This document shows, one piece after another, positions 1 to 10,100 of a DNA stretch of 64,000 nucleotides. Below the pieces are notes generated by a model. That model did not search any database. It saw only the letters and a list, made by a program, of their open reading frames with translations, and was not told the DNA's origin. The DNA is taken from the NCBI GenBank assembly GCA_027365725.1, contig DAHXMA010000025.1:26611-90610 (forward strand), given 5' to 3'. Numbering within the stretch: the first letter of the stretch is position 1; every line of letters begins with the position of its first letter. The translations under genes and the position numbers were made by a program. The DNA is from Candidatus Micrarchaeota archaeon (GTDB lineage Archaea; Micrarchaeota; Micrarchaeia; Micrarchaeales; CABMGC01).

Positions 1-1461
1 TGCAGCCCTCACCTGCGCCATACCTGCAGGCATGTCAATGTAATCAGCTGCGCTTACCACTGCAGCTACCGCCTCCGAACCGGTTTTCATTAGCAGCTCA
101 AGGCAGCGGCTTACCTTTTCGCTTTCACCAATGCTTATGTCCCTAAGTATCGATGACATTGGGCCAATAAGCTCTGGCCTTGCCTCCTGTATGTCGCTCC
201 TTGCCCTTGCAACAGTTCCAGCCCCAACAATACTGCATAAAATATCCACGGCTTGAGCATCCCTTTCCCTAGTTTTAGACCTGTAAAGGGCAGAAAGCGC
301 ATATCTTTCCATATCCGCTCTGCTGAGATTGAGGCTGCTTATGTCTTCCCCCGAATAAAGCGAGTAGTATCTTACATCCCGCTCCGCTCCGTCGCGTATC
401 ATCTTTATAAGGTCAATGCCTGCACCAACCTTCGAATCCATAAGCACTGACGCCTGGCTGCTGTTTAGCAATATGCCTTGGGCAGCAAGCGCGCCAAACA
501 CCGCACCCATATAATCGTATTTTTCCACGGTCTCTGCCGTAGGCGGAGGTATTTTCACAGGCGATGTAAGATAGTTCATAACCGCGGTAAGGCTTTTCTG
601 ACCGGTTATCATCCTGTCGAATCCCCCAGAAATAAGCCTTGACATATTTGATCTGGAGGCTTTCGAAAAGTCGAAATGCGATGCAAATTCCGACACAAGC
701 CCGTTATCCATAGAGCTTAAAAGCCGTATCAGCCTTTGCATCCCTTCATCATCAACGGCCCACGAAGCTGTCTCAAGCAGTTTCCCCCTTTCCTTTACAG
801 CTGATATGTCATATGTAAAAAACGGTGCATTTTCGCTTTCATGCGCTTTGCTTGCGCCAGCTGCCATGAAATTTACTGCGGCTATAATCGTTTCAGTGCT
901 GTGGCCATTAGAAGCTATATTTAGTGCATCATAAAATATCTGGCGCGTCCACAGGCTGTCATATCTGTTCAAGGCAGAAGCGAGGCGGTTCATAACCTTG
1001 GAAATGTCCTCAGATTTCATTACATTGCAAAACATCATTGCATGCTCTTTGCCCTTTTCAGTCTTCGCGTGCATTGCCTCTGCAAGCAGGTGCATTTGCA
1101 TAATCTGCATCGATTCCATGCTGTACTTTTCTATCACGTCCAGGAATACCTGCGTAAGCTCGTAGTCGCCGCATGCCTTGCCAATCCTGTACAAATTGGC
1201 CGTCCTAAAATACCTATCCTCATACGAATCGCTGCCCGAACCTTCAACCAGCCTGCGTATCATGTCCTGGTCTCCAAAGCTTTTGTATAATTCAGAAACA
1301 GCACGGCAGAATTCCGCTCCACGCGTCACATACTTCCCGGCACGGCCTATCTTTTTGTCGTAATACTGCGCAATTTCTACCGCCTTTGCGGCAATGTCTG
1401 CGCCCAGTCCCTCAGGCATTTGCGCAAGACCTGCCAATCCGGATCTAGCTTTCAACGTCAT
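1..1461 (-). CDS. hypothetical protein, partial (N-terminal 487 codons; continues past window edge)
   Basis: Hand translation of the minus strand from ATG at 1461-1459 (MTLKARSGLAGLAQMPEGLGADIAAKAVEIAQYY...) is stop-free to position 1. It is absent from the ORF track, probably because it runs off the edge. Predicted helical; no family motif recognised. Confidence 0.6.
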   Translation of the reverse strand, partial: MTLKARSGLAGLAQMPEGLGADIAAKAVEIAQYYDKKIGRAGKYVTRGAEFCRAVSELYKSFGDQDMIRRLVEGSGSDSYEDRYFRTANLYRIGKACGDYELTQVFLDVIEKYSMESMQIMQMHLLAEAMHAKTEKGKEHAMMFCNVMKSEDISKVMNRLASALNRYDSLWTRQIFYDALNIASNGHSTETIIAAVNFMAAGASKAHESENAPFFTYDISAVKERGKLLETASWAVDDEGMQRLIRLLSSMDNGLVSEFASHFDFSKASRSNMSRLISGGFDRMITGQKSLTAVMNYLTSPVKIPPPTAETVEKYDYMGAVFGALAAQGILLNSSQASVLMDSKVGAGIDLIKMIRDGAERDVRYYSLYSGEDISSLNLSRADMERYALSALYRSKTRERDAQAVDILCSIVGAGTVARARSDIQEARPELIGPMSSILRDISIGESEKVSRCLELLMKTGSEAVAAVVSAADYIDMPAGMAQVRAA

Positions 1462-1581
1462 AGCTAACACATATCAAATATGAAAGGAGCCCTATCTGGT
1501 ATTTTAAGTTTGTCTCTAAATCCCGATCCAAGTAAATAGTACCATTATATTACTTTTCATATTTTAAATAAATACGTTAAG

Positions 1582-1791
1582 ATGCCCGGAAACGATGAAA
1601 AAACCCTGTTATTTGTTGCCGTTGGAGTGGTATTCTTCAGCATGCTAGCCATAGCCCTATTCCTGCTTGGCGCAGGCATACTGTTCTACGCTTCAGCCAT
1701 ACTGGCAATAATACTGGGATTTTACCTGACCCACAGCCTTTCGAAATCCTCAGCACAAGAGCCAAAGCACCATCGCAGAAAGTCCAGGTAG
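1582..1791 (+). CDS. small membrane protein (two predicted TM helices, basic tail)
   Basis: 69-aa ORF with two hydrophobic stretches (LLFVAVGVVFFSMLAIALFLLGAGILFYASAILAIILGFYL) and the tail HHRRKSR. It lies 7 nt upstream of topA. No family recognised. Confidence 0.45.
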   Translation: MPGNDEKTLLFVAVGVVFFSMLAIALFLLGAGILFYASAILAIILGFYLTHSLSKSSAQEPKHHRRKSR

Positions 1792-1797
1792 TGGCCG

Positions 1798-4056
1798 ATG
1801 AACAAGCTAATAATCGCTGAGAAGCCAAGCGTAGCTATCCGGATAGCCATGTCGCTAGGCGACGCAAAGCCGCGCTCAGAATCAGCAAACGGAATAAGGT
1901 ATTTTGTCATCCAAAAGGGCCAGGACCAGATATTCGTAGTTGCTGCAGCAGGCCACCTGTTCACTCTCAAACAGTCTGCGCCAGACCAGACTCCGGTCTT
2001 CGAGATAGAGTGGGTTGCCTCGTACAAGGTTAACCAGTCCTCCTACTTCACAAAGAAATACCTCGACGCGATAGAGTCTGTTGGCAGGCACTGCTCCTTC
2101 TTCATAAATGCATGCGACTATGACATAGAGGGAACCGTTATAGGGACCAACATAATAAAGCAGGTAGTCAACAAAAACGTAAACTCCGAAATACCCACTG
2201 AAAATGTAATGCGCATGAGGTTCTCCACCACGACGACGGCCGACCTTGTCAAGGCATACGAGAACCTTGAGGCATTTGACAGGCTGAATTACGACGCAGG
2301 AGAGGCGCGCCACAAGCTTGACTGGATGTGGGGAATAAACCTGAGCAGGGCACTTATGAGCGCCATAGCCTCAAAAGGCCTGAGGAAGACGCTTAGCATA
2401 GGCAGGGTTCAGGGCCCTACCCTTGGCATACTTGCAAAAAGGGAAGCCGAGATACGTGCATTCGTGCCGCGGCCTTACTGGAAAGTGGTGATAACCGCAA
2501 AGGGCATAGGATTTGAGGCAAAGGACAAGGAGACATTCGAGAAGGATGCCGCGGACAAAAAGCTAGATACGGCGCGCAAAGGCCCAGTATCAGTTGCATC
2601 TGTCGAATCTGAGGAGCGCTCAATGCGGCCATTTCCCCCGTTCGATTTGACTTCGCTGCAGCTAGAGGCAAGCAGGGTGTTTAGGATAGATCCTTCAAGG
2701 ACTCTTGCAGTGGCGCAGGCCCTTTATGAGCGCTCATACATCTCCTATCCCAGGACATCTTCGCAGAAGCTGCCGCATACCCTAAACCTGCAGCGCATAA
2801 TATCTTCGATGGCAAGGCAGCAGGCATACGCAGAAACTGCGCAAAAGCTTATGGCGCAATCAAGGTACAGGCCTGCAGAGGGATCAAAGGACGACGAGGC
2901 GCACCCTGCCATACACCCAACCGGCGAAGAGCCCAAGTCCCTTGGCGAAGAGGAGTCAAAGATATACGACCTAATATCAAGGAGATTCCTTGCGTGCTTT
3001 GCCGACTACTCAAAATCCGAGATAACCCGCGTAAGGCTGCTTGCAGGCACAGACGAATATGCAGCAAGCGGCGAGAGGATGATCAGCAAGGGATGGATAG
3101 AGGAATACCGCTACTTCAAGCCCAAGGAGCTGCAGATGCCGCAGTTCAAGCAGGGCGAGGCAGTGATTCCAGACTCCGTAGAGCTCAAGAGCCTCAAGAC
3201 GCTGCCGCCAAAGCGCTTCTCCAAGGCAAGCCTGATCTCGCTCCTTGAGAGCAAGGATCTCGGGACAAAGGCCACAAGGGCGGAGATAATAGACACGCTT
3301 TTCAGGAGGGACTACATAAAAGGCTCCAGCATAGAGGTGACCGAGTTCGGGCTAAGCATATACAATGCCCTTTCAGCATACTGCCCAAACATACTTTCCG
3401 AGCAGCTTACAAAGAAGCTTGAGTCAGACATGGAGAGGATACAGAAAGGCGAACGCAGGAAGGCGGAGGTCATAAACGAGGGAAAATCGATAATAACCGA
3501 GCTTGTGTCCGAATTCAGGGGCAAGGAGCAGCAGATAGGCGAGGAGCTTATGAAGGGGCTCAAAGGCAGTGAGAACTCCAGCCTTATAGGAATATGCAAG
3601 GTTGATGGGGGGAATTTGGTGCTTAGGCGCAGCAAGGCCGGGAAGACATTTATAGGCTGCGCAAATTATCCAAAATGCACAAACACCTACTCCGTGCCGC
3701 AGAACGCGAAGATAGTAGCGACAGGAAAAGTGTGCGAGCTCTGCCATACACCAAAGATAAAGGTGTTCAGGAAGGGCAGAAGGCCGTTCGAGATGGACCT
3801 TGACCCAAGCTGCGAAACTAAGAAGGCATGGGCGTCAGCAGAAGGCAAGCAGCCTGAGGTTAAGACTGCCCTTGAATTGGGAAAGGCGGCGCAGCATGTC
3901 GACGCAACGCAGCCGCCAGCAGCAAGCAAGCCGGCCAATATTGGCAAAGCCAAGGCACATGTGAAGCAAAGGAAGCCTGCAGCAAGCCGAAAGGGAAAAG
4001 CTGCAAAGAAGGCAAAAGGGACAGAAAAAGCTGCCCAGGCCGAGGCCAAGGTGTAG
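1798..4056 (+). CDS. topA: DNA topoisomerase, type IA (Topo I/III-like) with C-terminal zinc ribbons and Lys/Ala-rich tail
   Basis: N-terminal Toprim signature MNKLIIAEKPSVA. Typical type IA core (SIGRVQGPTLG, ISYPRTSSQKLP with the catalytic Tyr context). Cys4-type ribbons (CKVDGG...CANYPKC; CELCHTPK...DPSC). About 75-aa K/A-rich tail. Confidence 0.9.
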   Translation: MNKLIIAEKPSVAIRIAMSLGDAKPRSESANGIRYFVIQKGQDQIFVVAAAGHLFTLKQSAPDQTPVFEIEWVASYKVNQSSYFTKKYLDAIESVGRHCSFFINACDYDIEGTVIGTNIIKQVVNKNVNSEIPTENVMRMRFSTTTTADLVKAYENLEAFDRLNYDAGEARHKLDWMWGINLSRALMSAIASKGLRKTLSIGRVQGPTLGILAKREAEIRAFVPRPYWKVVITAKGIGFEAKDKETFEKDAADKKLDTARKGPVSVASVESEERSMRPFPPFDLTSLQLEASRVFRIDPSRTLAVAQALYERSYISYPRTSSQKLPHTLNLQRIISSMARQQAYAETAQKLMAQSRYRPAEGSKDDEAHPAIHPTGEEPKSLGEEESKIYDLISRRFLACFADYSKSEITRVRLLAGTDEYAASGERMISKGWIEEYRYFKPKELQMPQFKQGEAVIPDSVELKSLKTLPPKRFSKASLISLLESKDLGTKATRAEIIDTLFRRDYIKGSSIEVTEFGLSIYNALSAYCPNILSEQLTKKLESDMERIQKGERRKAEVINEGKSIITELVSEFRGKEQQIGEELMKGLKGSENSSLIGICKVDGGNLVLRRSKAGKTFIGCANYPKCTNTYSVPQNAKIVATGKVCELCHTPKIKVFRKGRRPFEMDLDPSCETKKAWASAEGKQPEVKTALELGKAAQHVDATQPPAASKPANIGKAKAHVKQRKPAASRKGKAAKKAKGTEKAAQAEAKV

Positions 4057-4058
4057 CA

Positions 4059-4634
4059 ATGTTCATATATCCGAGCATGTACAGGAAGCTAAAGCGCGGG
4101 CCGCAGGTAATACTGCCAAAGGACATAGGGATAATAATCTCATACTCTGGCATAGGAAAGGACAGCATATGCGCAGACGCAGGCACTGGCAGCGGCTGGC
4201 TTGCAGTAAGCCTTGCGCGCATATGCAGGCAGGTATACAGCTACGACACCCGCAGCGACTTCATAGCAATAGCAGAAAAGAACAGGGCAATGCTAGGCCT
4301 TGCCAACCTGGAATTCATAAATAGGGACGTCACGAAGGGAATTTTGCAGAAGGATCTGGACCTGGTTGCGCTTGATATGCCCGGCTCGGAAAAGGCCCTA
4401 TCAAGCGCAAGGAAGGCGCTCAAGCCAGGAGGCGTGGTGGCCGGGTACCTTCCCCACACAGAGCAGGTAAGCAAATTCGTCGCGCGCCTTGAGAAACTTG
4501 GGTTCTGGGACATACACACTGTTGAAGTGATAGTCAGGGACTTCATGGTTCGCAGCGAAGGCACAAGGCCTTCAACAAAGGGCATATGGCACACTGCGTA
4601 CCTTGTTTTTGCAAAAAAATCCCAATCAATTTAA
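4059..4634 (+). CDS. trmI: tRNA (adenine-N1)-methyltransferase, TrmI/Trm61 family
   Basis: GPQVILPKDIGIIISYSGI..., the SAM motif DAGTGSGWLAVSLA, and LDMPGSEKALSSARKALKPGGVVAGYLP...HTAYLVFAKK are collinear with archaeal TrmI. Confidence 0.8.
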   Translation: MFIYPSMYRKLKRGPQVILPKDIGIIISYSGIGKDSICADAGTGSGWLAVSLARICRQVYSYDTRSDFIAIAEKNRAMLGLANLEFINRDVTKGILQKDLDLVALDMPGSEKALSSARKALKPGGVVAGYLPHTEQVSKFVARLEKLGFWDIHTVEVIVRDFMVRSEGTRPSTKGIWHTAYLVFAKKSQSI

Positions 4635-5470
4635 ACCCTTCCTTTCAATATAAGGAATGCAAATACAACTATACGGTCGGTTTTCTGAATATTAAGAAGC
4701 ATCTCACAAAGGGCAATATTGCATTCATAGTCCTGGCTGCGGTAGCCGTAATATTCTGCATACAGTTCAGGACCACGATGCTTAGCACCTACGGCTTCTA
4801 TGAGCCTGACGGCTACTACTATTTCACGGCAATGCGCGCCATAATAAACAACGGCTTCAAATTCCCCCCTCTGCTCGCCATCTCCGGGTATCCCCAGCAC
4901 GCTCCGATAGCCGAGGCGCACGGGATATATTGGCTCACCCTCATACCCTACATTCTGCTCTCCCCGTTCAACATAAGCTACTATACCATAATGAGGTTAA
5001 TGCCTGTTGCATTCGCACTCCTTGACATGCTTGCTGCATGGCTCCTGTCAAGATACCTTAGCCGTGACAAGCTTTTCGGGGCATTTGTGCTTTTCTTCGT
5101 GGCACTTAGTATGGGCAACGCCGCAAGGACAAGTGCATTGATATACAGGGGAGACAGCTTCGTTACATTTTTCCTTGCAATAGCCCTTGTGCTGCTTATA
5201 GAGACATTAAGGCAGGAGGATGCAAGGAAGAAGGCAGTTTTAGCCGTAGCAACAAGCATTGCCCTGCTCGGATGCAACCTTGTATGGAACGGCGCATCGT
5301 TTGCGGATGCGACCTTCATAAGCGCATTCTTCGTAATAGCGGCATTTGCATTTGTATTCAGGAAGGAGAAGCTTTTTGAGAGCAGCAAGTACATGCTGCT
5401 TTCAATAATAATATGGTACATACTTGTAAATGCGTCAAGGGCAGCGGGGTTCATACCTGGTCAGCAATAG
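4586..5470 (+). CDS. aglB: GT-C fold oligosaccharyltransferase (AglB/STT3-like), N-terminal part ending at an in-frame TAG
   Basis: Polytopic membrane ORF with FYEPDGYYYF, an acidic first-loop motif like STT3/AglB/PglB. The start is uncertain because the track start overlaps trmI by 49 nt. It is in the same frame as ORF 5504-7069 and separated from it only by TAG 5468-5470. Confidence 0.55.
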   Translation: MAHCVPCFCKKIPINLNPSFQYKECKYNYTVGFLNIKKHLTKGNIAFIVLAAVAVIFCIQFRTTMLSTYGFYEPDGYYYFTAMRAIINNGFKFPPLLAISGYPQHAPIAEAHGIYWLTLIPYILLSPFNISYYTIMRLMPVAFALLDMLAAWLLSRYLSRDKLFGAFVLFFVALSMGNAARTSALIYRGDSFVTFFLAIALVLLIETLRQEDARKKAVLAVATSIALLGCNLVWNGASFADATFISAFFVIAAFAFVFRKEKLFESSKYMLLSIIIWYILVNASRAAGFIPGQQ

Positions 5471-5503
5471 ACAGGGCCGGAGTTCATACCGATTTTTGCA
5501 GTC

Positions 5504-7069
5504 ATGGTTGCGTTCTGGGCTATACTACTCTACCTGCCGCAGGTTCTTCCAGACGCATCGCGGAAATTGGAATATAGGATCGGGGTTGTCGTAGCAATAA
5601 TACTAATAGGCATAATACTTTTCGCTGTGCTGGAGCCAAGCGCGGTATATAGCATCTTTGTCGGCAACGGATTCATAGCTGCGCCAGGGTCTTTCGCATC
5701 AACAACGCAGGAGCTGCAGCCGCCGACATGCGAATTCCTGTACACGAGCTTCGGGATAAACATGTTCACGTCGCTGCCAGACCTTGCGATGGAGCTATCA
5801 TCCCTAAGCGGCCTGCAGTGCGGAACTGCTGCCGGATCCTTTTATTCGCTATGGACAGTGGCATACGGGGCACTTGGAATAATATTGCTGCTGATAACAT
5901 TCATACCTTACCTGTTTATGCAGGTATATGATTCATCCGGGTTCTTTGGCGGCAAGCCAAAGATAATGTTCAGCATCGAGGCGCCGATGCTGGTGATAAT
6001 GACATATTTCATAATAACTGCATATCTTGAAATGCATGCAATAAGGTTCAATTCCCTGCTTTCCATCCCGCTTGCGATAGTGAGCGCCTACACTTTGTAC
6101 TGGATAATTCTCATGGCTAACGGCACCAAGCTATTCTATCCAAACGGCAGATATGTTGCGCTTTTGGCGATGGCGATAATTGTTGCATACATATTCTATC
6201 AATTGTATTACTTCGCCGCCGTATATTCCAGCACCCTGTCCCCTGCTGACAGCATAAACCCGCAGTTCATATCCGCTCTGATGTGGCTGAAAGCGAATTC
6301 GCCTCCATCGAGCGTAGTGCTAACGCTATGGCCCGACGGCTCTGTAGTAGAGGGAGTGGCTAACAGGACAAGTGTCATGGACAGCGTCGGCTCGGAGAAC
6401 GGAAGCAAGGCCACGCCCTTTGCTGCATGGCTCTTCAATTCCTCCCCTGACCCAAGCTTCCTTACAAGTTCGATCGCCGGAAGCCCAAACTACCTGCTGG
6501 TAAGGTCGCCGTGGATGATAGAGACGCAGGGCATATATACAGAGGCAAACATAGGCACTAACAGCAGCGTGTACGGCTACGCCTCGCTGATATCATTTTC
6601 AGAGCAGTCACTGAATTCTACAACAAAGGCCATCGTAATGAGCCCCACGCCAGGCCAGACCTACCCAAGCGCAGTTCTCAAGCTTAGCTATTCAAACCCC
6701 AACGGAACCCTTGCATCGCTCTTCGGCTACCTGCAGGAGAGCCAGATACAGACTTCGCCGTTTAGCAGGGTCGTGCTTTCAGACTTCACCAACAACAATG
6801 TAACCGTGGTAGACCAGGGAGGCATAAACCAGACAAACGGAGAGACCCTTTTTGTGCAGTACTCGCAGGTGCCGCGCCAGAACCTGTTTTTGAACATCAC
6901 AACTGCGTATGTGTTCGGCCCCGCGATATCCCAGAGCAACCTTGTAAAGACCCTCTTCCTATGCGGAAGCAACTACTGCGCATGGGACAACAACAAGGCA
7001 TCCCTTCAGATTGTATACGCCAATTCGGATACCAAGATATTCAAGATAATATACAATTCAACATCCTGA
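5504..7069 (+). CDS. aglB: GT-C fold oligosaccharyltransferase (AglB/STT3-like), C-terminal part
   Basis: Further TM helices, then LTLWPDGSVVEG (a degenerate WWDYG-like motif), followed by a soluble Asn/Ser-rich C-terminal domain of about 270 aa. The codons between the TAG and the first ATG (TGPEFIPIFAV) contain no stop. Confidence 0.55.
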   Translation: MVAFWAILLYLPQVLPDASRKLEYRIGVVVAIILIGIILFAVLEPSAVYSIFVGNGFIAAPGSFASTTQELQPPTCEFLYTSFGINMFTSLPDLAMELSSLSGLQCGTAAGSFYSLWTVAYGALGIILLLITFIPYLFMQVYDSSGFFGGKPKIMFSIEAPMLVIMTYFIITAYLEMHAIRFNSLLSIPLAIVSAYTLYWIILMANGTKLFYPNGRYVALLAMAIIVAYIFYQLYYFAAVYSSTLSPADSINPQFISALMWLKANSPPSSVVLTLWPDGSVVEGVANRTSVMDSVGSENGSKATPFAAWLFNSSPDPSFLTSSIAGSPNYLLVRSPWMIETQGIYTEANIGTNSSVYGYASLISFSEQSLNSTTKAIVMSPTPGQTYPSAVLKLSYSNPNGTLASLFGYLQESQIQTSPFSRVVLSDFTNNNVTVVDQGGINQTNGETLFVQYSQVPRQNLFLNITTAYVFGPAISQSNLVKTLFLCGSNYCAWDNNKASLQIVYANSDTKIFKIIYNSTS

Positions 7070-7137
7070 CCGCGTGCAAATGCTAAATATAAATATAAGA
7101 CTTTACATACTAAAGGTTATTCATGCAGTGGTAAGGG

Positions 7138-10100
7138 ATGCGCATATTCTATATATTATTAATAGTCGTCCCAATCGCCATAGCTCTTTCGCAAAGCTCA
7201 GGGTCTTCTTCAGCAACTGCATACCTCACCTTCTCAGGAACTCCGCAGTCAGCGCAGTTCTCACAATCCGCATCGCAGCCGTATGCACTCTCCCCTGCAA
7301 AGCCGGTATATGAATATAACAACGCAGATGCGCTTTATCTGATAACCTGCCCGAATGCTCCAAGCAGCTCCCCATCAAGCCCCCAGCTTTTCAGCACAAC
7401 AGGCTCGCAGGTCTTTGGAGCATGGTACCTTGCAGGAAACGAGTGCCAAGCGCCTTCATCATCTTCCACGTATCCTGTATCAGTAAAGATAACCGATACT
7501 GTAACTTCCCCTCCGCCCCAGTCGCTGCCAACATCATACTCCTCCAGCGTAAACGTGATGCTGACAGGCGCAACGCACTTGTCATTGAGCAACATAGGCT
7601 TCTCCCCAGAGCTTGTAACCCCCACAGGCAATTTCATATCAACCGACTTCAATACCGACACATACATCTTCCACCTTGTCCCGGTGAACGGCCAGCAGGG
7701 CATATGGACATGGTATGGCATGTACGCGCAGCTTTCGCAGCTCGACAGCAAGCTTCCAATAACCGCATACGCAAACACGCAGGGCGTGTACGACTACAAT
7801 GCGATATGCGAATACACCTACTCCCTATACTCATCCGCAACCCTCGAAAGCATAAAGAACTATGACATGCCATTCTCAGGCGCGCAAAGCGCAACGATAA
7901 ACATAGGAATGCTCCCATATTTTGTGTACAATGCAAACGTAGTCAATCCAATGCCGTCTAACGAGTTCAACTACCAGATATCGTACGACATCTACAGCCC
8001 GCAGAACTACTACGCTCCAAAAGGCGTTGTAGAGCCATTCGGCATAAACTCAATAAGCCTGTTCCTCACCGGCTACAACGGCAATCTATCATACATGAAC
8101 AACAAGAACCAGCTGCAAATAACCCTCTCCAGCGCAGACTCAAACATAGGCCTTCTTATGCCACTAATCCCATCATCAAGCACGACAACTCCCTCGTCAG
8201 GCCAGTGCCCTAACCAGTACTACACCCCTTCTTACAGCCCTTCTGGCCCCGGCCACCAGCTGACATTGTCCCAGGTCATAGCATGCGCAAGCAATGCCGG
8301 ATTCACAGGAGGCGAGCTTGTTACAATAGTTTCAATGGCTTTCCAGGAAAGCAGCTTCCAGCCTGGAGACATGGAAGCAGTATACTGCGCAGCAGGAATA
8401 TTGCAGGAGGGCCATGGCAACTGCCCGTACCCCGAATCAACGTCATTCATATCAGGATATAGCCCTTTAACATGCAGCACATATGCACAATATGGCTGGG
8501 CAGGAGTATATTTCAATCCGACATGCGCATTCCAATGGGCGCATGCCGAGGTAAATGACCAGGGATTCTATCCATTCTGGGGCAGCTATGAGACAGGCGC
8601 ATACTGCAAATATGCTCCAAACGGCTTTACCGGAGTAACCGACCCGGCAGGAGGAATAACGGTCCCATGCAGCGGAGTAGACCAGAACCAGATACCTTCC
8701 TACTTAGGCTCATGGACCTCTAGCGGATATGTTTATTCAATGCCATCCAATTCGGCATCCGGAATAACTGCACATATAAGCACATTCGCACAGTCAGGCA
8801 CCACCGGAACTACGGGGCAGGACACGTACTCTATAACCATAAATCCAAATTCGATAACTGCAGATCCCAACGGGTACATATTCGTCCTAGGCACCAACCC
8901 CAACGCAGGCAAAGCAGGCAGCGGGCCTTCCCCAGGTGCAAGCTCATGCAACCAGAATCAAATATGCGCAGAAGCATTAACTCAGCTCGGCGTGCCGTAT
9001 TGTTATGGCGCAGAGTCCCCAAGGGGCTCAGATCCATTGATATATACGGACTTTTGCTCACCTTACGGAACAGGAGGCATAGTGACTGGAAGATCCGGAG
9101 GATTTGACTGCTCAGGGCTTGTAGACTGGGCAACTTCAGAAGCCGGATTGCCTGTCTTCGGCACCTATTCTCCAGGCACACATGGCCTTGCAACCACCGG
9201 AGAATTCACAAGCTCAAGTGTTATTCACATAACGCAGGCAGAGGCTCTTCCGGGCGATCTGGTTTTCTTCAATGTTCCAGGGGAAAGTCCCCAGCCATCC
9301 CACGTAGGCATATGCTATAACGTAGGCTGCACAGAGATGATTGCGGCTCCGCAGACAGGATATACTGTATACATAGGTTCTGTGTCAGGAGTTTGCGGCA
9401 TTTCGTGCATTGCAGGCTATGTCAGAGTAAAAGGAAGCAACGGCGCAGCGGCATCTCCGTATCAAGGTTATGCAACGCAGCCATCAAATGAAATAGGCCT
9501 GTCTGCTGCTGAGTTCAATCAAACCACATCGCAAAACGTATTTGCTGTGGCGCCTCCCCCTCCTTCCTCAAGCACGGCAGTAACCCCAGAGCAGCAATAT
9601 CTCTCTGAGATATCCACATCTGGCACTGCCATATTCGTGCTAAAGGCAATACCTCCGGGATATTACAATGCGACACTATACCAGCCAAACGACGTGCCGA
9701 ATGCAACTGACCCTTCAACATTCGCAACAAACTGGAATCAGTACTGGTCGAACCTTCAGATTCTCCAGTCCCAGAGCCTATATGTTGTGAATGTAATCTC
9801 CATAACAAAGCTACTTGCATCATCCCCGTCAACGCAGGGCCTTGACTTTTCCCCGATAAACATATCAAGCGACTCCTTCGGTGACATATACATCACCGGC
9901 GAGGCATCTGCACAATCTCACACCGTAGGGCGGTTCTCTACAGTAGTAAACTCGTATTCCCCATGGCTTGTCAAGATAACAAACACTCTGGGGAACGGCC
10001 CGATAGAGGTATCCGCGGCTCCGCTCTGCCCGTCAGGCCAGTCTAGCGTGCCAAGTGAGATATGCCCAAGGGCCTGGCCAGAAATTGCTGTCTCCCCTAC

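Noticed and set aside
5468-5470. The in-frame TAG in the AglB-like gene could encode pyrrolysine or reflect stop-codon reassignment.
   Set aside because: TAG terminates several well-defined neighbouring genes at family-typical lengths (topA 4054-4056, ORF ending 1791, CPBP 63851-63853, S27ae 63146-63148). No pyl genes or PYLIS-like context are visible in the window. A lesion, a split gene or a sequencing error is more parsimonious.
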